64,000 nucleotides of DNA from an uncultured Eubacteriales bacterium (GTDB lineage: Bacteria > Bacillota > Clostridia > Christensenellales > CAG-138). Shown here one piece after another: positions 35,172 through 43,629 of the stretch (position 1 is its first letter; each line of letters starts with the position of its first letter). Under the pieces are notes generated by a model, which had not been told where the DNA came from, ran no database searches, and saw nothing but the letters and a program-made list of their open reading frames with translations. The DNA lies in contig UQGA01000002.1 in the NCBI GenBank assembly GCA_900540495.1, positions 61,230 through 125,229 of the forward strand. The letters run 5' to 3'. The translations under genes were made by a program, and so were the position numbers.

Positions 35172-35864
35172 ATGAAGCACGGCAAGAAATATCTCGATAG
35201 CAAGAAGTCGTACGACACGCTCAAGCTGTTCGATATCCGCGAGGGCCTCGATACCGTATTGAGCACCGCCAAGGCCAAGTTTGACGAGACGATCGAAATT
35301 TCCGTCCGTCTGGGCGTCGACCCGCGACATGCGGACCAGCAGGTGCGCGGCGCGGTCGTGCTGCCGCACGGCACGGGCAAGACCGTCCGCGTGCTGGTGT
35401 TCGCCAAGGCCGACAAGGCGCGCGAAGCGCAGGAAGCCGGCGCGGATTACGTGGGCGACGAGGATCTGGTCAAGAAGATTCAGACCGAGAACTGGTTCGA
35501 TTTCGACGTGTGCGTGGCCACGCCGGACATGATGGGCGTCGTCGGCCGCATCGGCCGCGTGCTCGGCCCCAAGGGCCTCATGCCGAACCCGAAGAGCGGC
35601 ACCGTGACGATGGACGTGGCCAAGGCCATTGCGGACATCAAGGCCGGTAAGGTCGAGTACCGCGTGGACAAGACCAGCATCGTGCATTGCCCGATCGGGA
35701 AGGCGTCTTTCGGCGCGGAGAAGCTTGAGGAGAACCTCACGGCGCTCATGGACGCGATCGTGAAGGCCAAGCCGTCGGCGGCCAAGGGCACCTACCTCAA
35801 GAGCGTCGTGGTGTCCTCGACGATGGGCCCGGGCGTCAAGTTCAACCCGGTCCGTTTCGGCTGA
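35172..35864 (+). CDS. rplA: 50S ribosomal protein L1
   Basis: 230 aa. [12 protein letters not shown] and [24 protein letters not shown] motifs. Confidence 0.95.
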   Translation: MKHGKKYLDSKKSYDTLKLFDIREGLDTVLSTAKAKFDETIEISVRLGVDPRHADQQVRGAVVLPHGTGKTVRVLVFAKADKAREAQEAGADYVGDEDLVKKIQTENWFDFDVCVATPDMMGVVGRIGRVLGPKGLMPNPKSGTVTMDVAKAIADIKAGKVEYRVDKTSIVHCPIGKASFGAEKLEENLTALMDAIVKAKPSAAKGTYLKSVVVSSTMGPGVKFNPVRFG

Positions 35865-35881
35865 AAAACACGGCCGGACGC

Positions 35882-35911
35882 TTGACAGGCGCCCCGCAGG
35901 CGTGGTATACT
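35882..35911 (+). promoter_or_regulatory. Predicted sigmaA promoter of rplJL
   Basis: TTGACA (35882-35887), 18 nt, TGg-TATACT (35903-35911). Confidence 0.55.
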
Positions 35912-36058
35912 GCCTGCCGGTAGCAAAACCGCATATCCGCCAAAGACAGTCGGTGGCCGCAAGGCGTAAATCCTACCGAGGCGCAGGCGCGGAGCGATCC
36001 GCGCGGGCAATTCGCTCACATGCGTTCCCTGTCGTTTGGCGGGGAACGCTTTTTCATG
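35912..36058 (+). promoter_or_regulatory. Ribosomal protein L10 leader (autoregulatory attenuator) with intrinsic terminator
   Basis: Roughly 150-nt structured leader upstream of rplJ. It ends in GCGTTCCC-N11-GGGGAACGC-TTTTTCATGTTTTT (36022-36058). Position and architecture match the Firmicutes L10 leader. No covariance model was run. Confidence 0.6.
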
Positions 36059-36085
36059 TTTTTGCGAGGAGGTGAAACAACAACC

Positions 36086-36613
36086 ATGGCAAACCAGAAG
36101 AACATCGAGATGAAGGCCGCACAGGTCACCGAGGTGCAGGACAAGATCCAGCGCGCCAGCTCGGTCGTCGCGTTCGATTACCGCGGGCTGACGGTCGATG
36201 AGGTGACCCAACTGCGCAATGAGATGCGCAAGGCGGGCGTGGAGTACATCGTGCTCAAGAACCACATCGTCGGTCGCGCGTGCGACGCCGCGGGCGTCGA
36301 CCCGTCGTTCCACGAGGTGCTGCACGGGCCGAGCGCCTTTGCATTCGGGTATGAGGATGCGGTCATGCCGGCCAAGCTCCTCAAGGACTTCATCAAGAAG
36401 GTCAAGAAGTGCGAGATCAAGGGCGGTATCGTCGAGGGCGCCGTCACCGGCGCGAAGGATCTCGACGCCATCGCGGACCTGCCGTCGCGCGATGTGCTCA
36501 TCGCCCGCCTGCTTGGCAGCATGATGTCGCCGATCTCCGGCCTTGCGATCGTGCTCGATCAGATCGCCAAGAAGATGGGCGGGGACGCGCCCGCCGCGGC
36601 TGCAGCCGAGTAA
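36086..36613 (+). CDS. rplJ: 50S ribosomal protein L10
   Basis: Start [14 protein letters not shown] at 36086 (GAGGAGGTG upstream), 175 aa. Confidence 0.95.
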   Translation: MANQKNIEMKAAQVTEVQDKIQRASSVVAFDYRGLTVDEVTQLRNEMRKAGVEYIVLKNHIVGRACDAAGVDPSFHEVLHGPSAFAFGYEDAVMPAKLLKDFIKKVKKCEIKGGIVEGAVTGAKDLDAIADLPSRDVLIARLLGSMMSPISGLAIVLDQIAKKMGGDAPAAAAAE

Positions 36614-36656
36614 CCGAAACGACCACCAACACAAATTATTATGGGAGGAAATACCA

Positions 36657-37028
36657 ATGGATAAAGAGCAACTGATTGCTGATATCAAAGCGATGTCCGT
36701 GCTGGAGCTCAGCGAGCTCGTCAAGGCGCTGGAGGAGGAGTTCGGCGTATCCGCCGCCGCGACCGCCGTTGCCGTCGCCGGCCCCGCGACCGCCGCTGCC
36801 GCCGAGGTGGAGGAGAAGACCGAGTTCGACGTCGTGCTCAAGGAAGTCGGACCCGAGAAGATCAAGGTCATCAAGACCGTCCGCGAGCTCACCGGCCTCG
36901 GCCTCAAGGAGGCCAAGGACGTCGTGGACAACGCGCCCAAGCCGGTCAAGGAAGGCGTTTCCAAGGAAGAGGCCGAGAAGATCGCGGCCGCTTTCAAAGA
37001 GGTTGGCGCGACCTGCGAGATCAAATAA
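36657..37028 (+). CDS. rplL: 50S ribosomal protein L7/L12
   Basis: [31 protein letters not shown] ... [26 protein letters not shown], 123 aa. Confidence 0.95.
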   Translation: MDKEQLIADIKAMSVLELSELVKALEEEFGVSAAATAVAVAGPATAAAAEVEEKTEFDVVLKEVGPEKIKVIKTVRELTGLGLKEAKDVVDNAPKPVKEGVSKEEAEKIAAAFKEVGATCEIK

Positions 37029-37050
37029 CCAAATCGCAAAAAACACCGCC

Positions 37051-37075
37051 GAAGGGGAGCATATCGCTCCCCTTC
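37051..37075 (+). terminator. Hairpin after rplL (probable partial terminator)
   Basis: GAAGGGGAGC-atatc-GCTCCCCTTC, 10-bp stem. The downstream tract ACGTCTCTTTCGTC is only weakly U-rich. Confidence 0.45.
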
Positions 37076-37091
37076 ACGTCTCTTTCGTCGG

Positions 37092-39146
37092 ATGAAGACA
37101 CCGTTTGGCAGAAGAATCGTTGCTTGCACGGCGGCCGCCCTGCTTCTCCCCGCGCTTGTTGGCTGTGGGAAGGGGAGGGAGGCGTCATCATCGTCGCCGT
37201 CGCCCGTATCGGTCCGGCTCGTCACGCCGGCCGCGACTGCCTCGCCCGTGAGCATCACGCCCGGCGCCACGCCGCCCATCGTGGCGTCGGCCCCGGACGC
37301 GGACGACCTCGTGCGCGTGACCGACTACGTGCCGAACGTTTCGCAACGGCTCGCCTATGCGACAGCGGACAATTTTACCGGCCGCCGGATCTATGATTTT
37401 ACGGACGCCTATCTGCGCTATGGAACGGTGCAAAAGCTCGAAAAGGCGGTTGCGGCGCTCGACGAGATGGGGCTGACGCTGGTGATTTGGGATGCTTACT
37501 GGCCGCTTGCGGCGCAGCGAGCGCTCTTTGCGGCCTTTCCCGATCCCGCGTATGTTTCGGACCCGGAAACCGGCAGCCGGACGCATTGCCGCGGCGGCGC
37601 CGTGGATGTGACGTTGGCGGATGAGTACGGGGCGCTGCTGGAGATGCCCTCCGGCTTTGACGATTTTACGGCGCGGGCCGACCGCGACTATTTGGACTGC
37701 TCGGCCGTTGCCGCCGCCAACGCCCGCCTGTTGCAGGAGGTCATGGAGGATTGCGGTTTTGTCGGCTATGCGGGCGAGTGGTGGCATTACAGCGACGCCG
37801 AGGCGTATCCGGTCGAGGAGACCTTCACGCCGCGGCCGGCGGCACGCTATCGAATTTCCGAAGGCGCGCCGGCCGGGCTGGGGGCCGGACCGGACGGCGG
37901 ATCTGCGTTCGCCTCCGTTGCGCCGGGGGAGGAGGTGCAGCTGCTGGCATGCAACGGCGCGTACGCGCTTGTCCGCTACCGGGAGGCTGCGGGGTATGTG
38001 GCTTCGGAACGCCTCGTGCCGCTGCCGGAGGACGGCTTTGCGCGGCCGCTGCTCTGGCGTGCCGAATGCGAGGAATACATCAACCTGCGAAGCACGCCGG
38101 GCGGGGACGACCTCATCGGCACGATCCGTGCCGGCGAGGTCATGGCGTTGCTGTCATGGGACGGGCGCTACGCGCAGGTGTGTCATGCCGGTCGGACCGG
38201 CTATGTGCTTTCGAGCTATATCCGGCCCGCCGACGAGGCATATCTGTCGGCGCTGCTGCCCACCGTGACGCCCACGGACACCTATACCTATGAGACCCTG
38301 CTGGAGGATGCCGCCTCGCTGGCGGAGGCATATCCCGGGAAAATAGAGGTGGAGCGCATCGGCGCGTCCGAAATGGGACGGGACCTCCTCGTCCTGCGGC
38401 TCGGCGAGGCGGACGCGGCGCACCATGTCCTGCTGCAGGGGGCGATCCACGGGCGCGAGCACATGACCGCATGGCTGTTGATGGCGCTTGCGGATGACTG
38501 GGCGGGGCGTGGTCTGGCGGATGGAGATGTCTGCTGGCACATCGTCCCCATGTCCAATCCGGATGGCGTGACCGTTTCGCAAAGCGGTTCGCTGGACGGG
38601 GAACAGCTTGCCGTCTATCGGGCCGACGTACAGGCCGGCTTCACCGCGCTGGACGAGGCGGCGTATGCCCGGGCCTGGAAGGCGAACGGCCTGGGCACGG
38701 ATTTGAACCGGAATTTTCCGGCCGGCTGGGAGACGACCGCGCGGCGCAACGCGCCCTCCTCCGAGCGGTACGGCGGCGAAGCGCCGTTTTCCGCGGCGGA
38801 GACGGAGGCGCTGCGGGCGTATACGCTGCGATTCCCCTTCGATGCGACCGTCAGTTACCATGCCACCGGCAGCCTGCTCTATTACGGATATGGCGACGGG
38901 CAGCCCGTCAACAGCCGCTCGGCGGCGCTGGCGGACGGCATTTCGCTCGCAACCGGCTACCCGCTGCAGGGCGGCGGCGTGGACGGCGCGGGGTATAAGG
39001 ACTGGGCGGTGGAGGCGCTGGGCATCCCCTCCGTGACGGTCGAGATCGGGTGCGAAAGCGCGCCGCTTTCCGGGCGCGAGCTTTACAGCGCGTTTGTGCG
39101 CAACCGCACCGTGGCGGATGCGATTGTCCGTTGGCTGGAGGACTGA
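37092..39146 (+). CDS. Trimodular cell-wall peptidase lipoprotein: M15D (VanX/DdpX-like D-Ala-D-Ala dipeptidase), two SH3b domains, M14 carboxypeptidase
   Basis: Lipobox LPALVGC. M15D motifs RLAYATADNFTGRRIY, SRTHCRGGAVDVTL, GEWWHY. Two SH3b-like segments. M14 motifs HGREH, NPDG, and a C-terminal His/Glu region. 684 aa. Confidence 0.75.
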   Translation: MKTPFGRRIVACTAAALLLPALVGCGKGREASSSSPSPVSVRLVTPAATASPVSITPGATPPIVASAPDADDLVRVTDYVPNVSQRLAYATADNFTGRRIYDFTDAYLRYGTVQKLEKAVAALDEMGLTLVIWDAYWPLAAQRALFAAFPDPAYVSDPETGSRTHCRGGAVDVTLADEYGALLEMPSGFDDFTARADRDYLDCSAVAAANARLLQEVMEDCGFVGYAGEWWHYSDAEAYPVEETFTPRPAARYRISEGAPAGLGAGPDGGSAFASVAPGEEVQLLACNGAYALVRYREAAGYVASERLVPLPEDGFARPLLWRAECEEYINLRSTPGGDDLIGTIRAGEVMALLSWDGRYAQVCHAGRTGYVLSSYIRPADEAYLSALLPTVTPTDTYTYETLLEDAASLAEAYPGKIEVERIGASEMGRDLLVLRLGEADAAHHVLLQGAIHGREHMTAWLLMALADDWAGRGLADGDVCWHIVPMSNPDGVTVSQSGSLDGEQLAVYRADVQAGFTALDEAAYARAWKANGLGTDLNRNFPAGWETTARRNAPSSERYGGEAPFSAAETEALRAYTLRFPFDATVSYHATGSLLYYGYGDGQPVNSRSAALADGISLATGYPLQGGGVDGAGYKDWAVEALGIPSVTVEIGCESAPLSGRELYSAFVRNRTVADAIVRWLED

Positions 39147-39164
39147 GCGGCCGCTCCCGCCGCC

Positions 39165-39686
39165 CTATTCCGCTTCGGGGTGTTCCTGGGGATCAGGGAT
39201 CAGATGGGGTTCTTCGGACGGGCGGTCGGCGGATTTCCCATGCTTGGCGCGCAAACGACAATGGAGCTCGTACAGCGCCGTACGATTTGAGTCCCATTTC
39301 AGCTTCCGGGCGGCTTCCGCACAGGACAACCAGGCGCATGCGGTATGTTCTTGCGACAATCTGATGCACGCATCCGCGGGACAAGCAAACGCGAAAGCAT
39401 ATTCCGGTATCACATAGACATCCTCGCGCCAGTGCCGGCGATGGGGTTCCCGAATCGCCTCGGCGGGAATATGGGCCACGCTTTCGAGCGCCATCCATTC
39501 GGTTGAACGGACGCCGCTCTCCTCAAACGCCTCCCGCCTTGCCGCTTCGAGAGGCGTTTCAGAATCCTCGCCGCCCCCGGCAATAAACTGCCATTGACCA
39601 GAGCCCGCACGACGGAACACGCAGAAAAGAGGCCGGCTGTCCACCACTCGATAGGGGATGGCAAGGATTTGAAACGCCGCCCGCAT
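39165..39686 (-). CDS. NUDIX hydrolase
   Basis: Nudix box GGGEDSETPLEAARREAFEESGV. Start MRAAFQIL at 39686 (GAGGAGG upstream). Confidence 0.85.
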   Translation of the reverse strand: MRAAFQILAIPYRVVDSRPLFCVFRRAGSGQWQFIAGGGEDSETPLEAARREAFEESGVRSTEWMALESVAHIPAEAIREPHRRHWREDVYVIPEYAFAFACPADACIRLSQEHTACAWLSCAEAARKLKWDSNRTALYELHCRLRAKHGKSADRPSEEPHLIPDPQEHPEAE

Positions 39687-40085
39687 GGCAATCCTCCTCA
39701 AGATCGATACGGCAGTTTAACATACATGGCGCGCCGCGGCAAGGGGACGCTCCGGAAGCGGCAGCGTGCCATCCATCCATTTTTCGTGATACGGCTGCAT
39801 CATCGCTGCCGAATACATGGTTCGGACAGGGTTGTGGGAGACGGATTTGTCAGACGGACGCCCGCCGGCGCTCGTTTTTTCAATTCGTTCTGCCGCAACT
39901 GTAACGGCCATTGCCGCAAAGGGGAGCAGCGTTCGACTCTGCCCCTGCGGCGCATCCGGCCGGCATCCTCCGAGGGATTCCTGCACGCAGAAATGAAACT
40001 CTCCCCACCTGAAGACGTTTTTTTGAGAGAACAGCAGGCTATTTCCCCATTCGATCCGGATTTCCTACAAATTTCGCCGGACGCA

Positions 40086-40114
40086 TTGCAATCCTGCGGC
40101 AGATGTGGTACCAT
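40086..40114 (+). promoter_or_regulatory. Predicted promoter of the type III glutamine synthetase gene
   Basis: TTGCAA (40086-40091), 17 nt, TGg-TACCAT (40106-40114). Leaves a leader of roughly 105 nt. Confidence 0.45.
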
Positions 40115-40226
40115 CAGAAAAACCCGGCCTGGCGCGCCGAGCGCCGCTATGGCCGGGAGAGATTGTGCCTGTGCGCGCCTGAGAGGAGGGAGGGACCGCC
40201 GGGCGTCCGCAGAGAGGGAGGGTCCC

Positions 40227-42344
40227 ATGCCGGAGATCGATAAGACCGCCGCATACAGCGCGTTCGGCGCTGATGTATTTTCCGACGCAGAGATGGAGCG
40301 CCGTCTGGAGCCTGCGATGTATCGCGCGTTGCACCGCACGATGGAGGAAGGCAGCGAACTGACGTTCGAGGTGGCGGGGGCCGTGGCCGCCGCCATGATG
40401 GCGTGGGCGGTCGAGCGCGGCGCGACGCACTATACCCACTGGTTTCAGCCGATGACCGGCGCCACCGCGGAAAAGCGCGATACGTTTCTCGATTTCGGCG
40501 GCCTCGATCGCGCGCCCATCCTGTCGTTTTCGGCCAAGGCGCTCATCCGTGGCGAGGCGGATGGATCGTCGTTCCCGTCGGGCGGGCTGCGCGCCACGTT
40601 CGAGGCGCGCGGCTATACCACGTGGGATTGCACGAGCCCGGCGTTTCTCAAGCGCAATGGCGACGGCACATCCTGCCTGTGCATTCCGACGGCGTTCTGT
40701 TCGTTTTCCGGCGAGGCGCTGGATGAAAAGACGCCCCTGCTGCGCTCCATGGAGGCGCTCAACCGGCAGGCGGTGCGCGTGCTGCGCCTGCTGGGCGACG
40801 AACAGACGCACCGCGTCACGCCTTCGGTCGGCGGCGAACAGGAATATTTCCTCATCGATAAGCGCGCGTTTCAACGCCGCAAGGATCTCGTCTATACGGG
40901 GCGAACCCTCTTCGGCGCGCCGCCCGCCAAAGGGCAGGAGCTTTCCGACCAGTATTTTGCCGCCACGCCGGAGCCGGTGATGGCGTTCATGCACGAGCTG
41001 AACGCCGCGCTCTGGCGTATGGGCGTGCCCTGCAAGACCGAGCACAACGAGGTCGCCCCCTCGCAGTACGAACTGGCGCCGCTGTTCGTTTCCGCCAACC
41101 TTGCGGTGGATCACAACCAGATCATCATGGAGACCATGCGCCGCGTCGCCGACCGGCACGGGATGACCTGCCTGCTGCACGAAAAGCCGTTTGCCGGCGT
41201 GAATGGCAGCGGCAAGCACAGCAACTGGTCGCTGCTGACCGATACCGGCGTGAACCTGCTCAAGCCCGGCAAGGATGCGACTGCCAACCGTGTGTTTTTC
41301 ACATTTTTGATGGCGGTCATCGCCGCGGTGGATGCGTACGCGCCTATGCTCCGCATGAGCTGCGCAACCATCGGCAACGAGAGCCGCCTCGGCGGGTCGG
41401 AGGCGCCGCCGTCCATTCTGTCCGTGTTCCTCGGCAACCGGCTGCAGTCGGCGCTGCAGAGCGTGGCGCGGGGCGGCGAGGTGCCGACCCATGCCGGGGA
41501 GATGATGCATATCGGCGTATCCACCCTCGCCGAGATCAAGCGCGACGATACCGACCGCAACCGCACCTCTCCCTTTGCGTTTACGGGCAATAAGTTCGAA
41601 TTCCGCATGGTCGGCTCGTCGCAGTCGCTCGGGATGCCGAACACCGTGCTCAACACCATCGTGGCCGACAGCCTCATGCGGATGGCGGACGCGCTGGAGG
41701 CCGCGCCGGATCGGGACGCCGCATGGCGCGCGCTCATGGGCCAATGGTACGCCGCGCACGAGCGCGTGCTGTTCAACGGCAATAATTACGACGCGGCATG
41801 GACCGCGCGGGCTTTGCGCCGCGGCCTGCCCGCCATCGACAATACGGTCGATGCGATCAACGTCTACGCCGAGCGGCAGACGCTCGACGTGTTTGCCCGG
41901 CACGGCGTGCTCTCCGAGGGGGAGGCGCTCGCCCGGCGCGAGGTCGCGCTGCTCAACTATGCCACGCAGGGCCACATTGAGGCCGTGACCATGCTGAAGA
42001 TTGCCCGCCAGACCATCTTGCCCGCCTGCGCCCGATACAGCGCCGTGCTGGCGCAGGCGGCGGCGGACTGCCGGCAGGCGGGCGTGGCCGCCCCGGCACA
42101 GACGGCCATGCTGCGCACGCTTAACCGCCGCATGCACGAATGCCGTATCGCGCTCGACGCGCTGGATGGTGCCGTGGACCGGACCAGCGGCGGCAGCGCG
42201 CTGGAACGCGCCTGCGCCCATCGGGACGCGGTCAGGCCGCGCATGGAGCAGCTGCGCGACTGCGTCGACGCGCTCGAACGCATCGTCGACAAGGCCTGCT
42301 GGCCGCTGCCGTCGTATGGGGAGATGCTCTTCCGTATCGTGTAG
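40227..42344 (+). CDS. glnN: Glutamine synthetase type III
   Basis: 705 aa. THYTHWFQPMTGATAEKRD, NEVAPSQYELAPLF, GVNGSGKHSNWS, DRNRTSPFAFTGNKFEFR. Start at 40227 (GGGAGGG upstream). The track ORF is over-extended to 39594. Confidence 0.9.
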   Translation: MPEIDKTAAYSAFGADVFSDAEMERRLEPAMYRALHRTMEEGSELTFEVAGAVAAAMMAWAVERGATHYTHWFQPMTGATAEKRDTFLDFGGLDRAPILSFSAKALIRGEADGSSFPSGGLRATFEARGYTTWDCTSPAFLKRNGDGTSCLCIPTAFCSFSGEALDEKTPLLRSMEALNRQAVRVLRLLGDEQTHRVTPSVGGEQEYFLIDKRAFQRRKDLVYTGRTLFGAPPAKGQELSDQYFAATPEPVMAFMHELNAALWRMGVPCKTEHNEVAPSQYELAPLFVSANLAVDHNQIIMETMRRVADRHGMTCLLHEKPFAGVNGSGKHSNWSLLTDTGVNLLKPGKDATANRVFFTFLMAVIAAVDAYAPMLRMSCATIGNESRLGGSEAPPSILSVFLGNRLQSALQSVARGGEVPTHAGEMMHIGVSTLAEIKRDDTDRNRTSPFAFTGNKFEFRMVGSSQSLGMPNTVLNTIVADSLMRMADALEAAPDRDAAWRALMGQWYAAHERVLFNGNNYDAAWTARALRRGLPAIDNTVDAINVYAERQTLDVFARHGVLSEGEALARREVALLNYATQGHIEAVTMLKIARQTILPACARYSAVLAQAAADCRQAGVAAPAQTAMLRTLNRRMHECRIALDALDGAVDRTSGGSALERACAHRDAVRPRMEQLRDCVDALERIVDKACWPLPSYGEMLFRIV

Positions 42345-42445
42345 GGGCGCCGGTGGCGGACCGTTCCCGGCGGGCCGGGCGGTTTCCTGCCGCCGCCTCT
42401 TTCGGGCCGGCGGGGAGAATATGGAGCAAACGGAGAGGGATACTT

Positions 42446-43102
42446 ATGCTGATTGTCGGTATCTGCGGCGCGAGCGGCAGCGGGAAGAGCACGCTGGCGG
42501 CGCGCATCCGCGACTCGCTCTCCTGTTCCTGCCATGTGATGGGGCAGGACGGGTATTACCGGAGCTTTCCGGAGCTGTCGTTTGCGGAACGCGCGCGAAC
42601 GAACTATGACGAACCATCGATCTTTGACTACGACGAGATGTTGCGCGACGTGCAGGCGCTTGCGCGCGGCGAAGCGATTACGACCAAGGCGTACGACTAT
42701 GCGCAGCACCTGCGCGCGGACAAGCCGGATCTGATCGCCCCGCCGGATGTGCTGATCCTGGAGGGGATCCATATGTTCCGGGACAGGCGGCTCTGCGAGA
42801 TGATGGTGCTGAAGGTGTTCCTGCAGGTGGACGCGGATATCTGCCTGCTCAGACGCATCCGGCGCGACATCAAGCAGCGCGGCCGCACGATCGACAACAT
42901 TGCCGCCCAGTATCTGGAGACGGTCAAGCCGATGTACGAAAAGTATATCTCCAAGTACATCGACGATGCGGATTTTGCCGTCATGCGGGGCGGCAAGAAC
43001 CGAATGGCCATCGACGCGATCTCGGCGTATCTGACCACGCGCCTGCTGGCGGAACGGCTTGAGGGCATGGACTCCTCCACGGCGGAGGCGCGCGATGCAT
43101 GA
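42446..43102 (+). CDS. udk: Uridine kinase
   Basis: P-loop GICGASGSGKSTLA. The motifs YDHP-like NYDEPSIFDYDEM and RRIRRDIKQRGRT match Udk. Confidence 0.85.
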   Translation: MLIVGICGASGSGKSTLAARIRDSLSCSCHVMGQDGYYRSFPELSFAERARTNYDEPSIFDYDEMLRDVQALARGEAITTKAYDYAQHLRADKPDLIAPPDVLILEGIHMFRDRRLCEMMVLKVFLQVDADICLLRRIRRDIKQRGRTIDNIAAQYLETVKPMYEKYISKYIDDADFAVMRGGKNRMAIDAISAYLTTRLLAERLEGMDSSTAEARDA

Positions 43103-43616
43103 GCCCGTGCCGGCGGCGCCGGCCATCCGCCCCACCGGCTGGGCGGATCTTGCGGAGGTCCTCGAGATTTATGCGCGCGCCCGTGCGTACATGTGCGCGC
43201 ATGGCAACGCTGCGCAGTGGCGGGGCGGACACCCGGCGCGCGCACTGGTAGAGCGGGATATCGAAGAAGGGACTGGCTTTGTACTCGAAGCGGGCGGCCG
43301 GATCGAAGGCGCGTTTGCGCTCGTCGGCGGGGACGATCCGACCTATGCGCGGATCGAGGGCGGGGCCTGGCGTTCCGACACGCCGTATTGCACCATTCAC
43401 CGCATCGCCAGCGCGGGGCGGATACACGGCGTACTGCGCGCCTGCGTCGGCTGGAGCGCCGGCAGATGCGCGCACCTGCGCACCGATACGCATGCGAATA
43501 ACGCGCCGATGCTGCACCTGCTGCCGGCGCTCGGGTTTGTGCGTTGCGGGATCATCTACGTGGCGGACGGCACGCCGCGCATCGCGTTTGAACGGCTGCC
43601 GGGGGAGGGCGCCTGA
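43095..43616 (+). CDS. GNAT family N-acetyltransferase
   Basis: 173 aa. Start at 43095 overlaps udk by 8 nt. GNAT-like core (IHRIASAGRIHGVLRACV, NAPMLHLLPALGF). Confidence 0.7.
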   Translation: MHEPVPAAPAIRPTGWADLAEVLEIYARARAYMCAHGNAAQWRGGHPARALVERDIEEGTGFVLEAGGRIEGAFALVGGDDPTYARIEGGAWRSDTPYCTIHRIASAGRIHGVLRACVGWSAGRCAHLRTDTHANNAPMLHLLPALGFVRCGIIYVADGTPRIAFERLPGEGA

Positions 43617-43629
43617 CGGACGGCGCACA

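Noticed and set aside
39717-39986. 89-aa minus-strand ORF upstream of the Nudix gene, with YHEKWMDGTLP reminiscent of the HD-GYP HHExWDGxGYP motif.
   Set aside because: The match is short and needs an insertion. There is no SD at the plausible starts and no HD motif. It may be a gene remnant, but I cannot support that.
39992-40226. In-frame upstream ATG that would extend glutamine synthetase III by 78 aa.
   Set aside because: It has no SD, the extension is Arg/Cys-rich junk, and it would contain the predicted promoter. The start at 40227 has a strong SD and aligns with the family N-terminus.
40120-40226. Glutamine riboswitch (glnA RNA / Glutamine-II) or T-box in the glnN leader.
   Set aside because: I could not find the conserved sequence blocks by eye. 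This should still be checked with covariance models.
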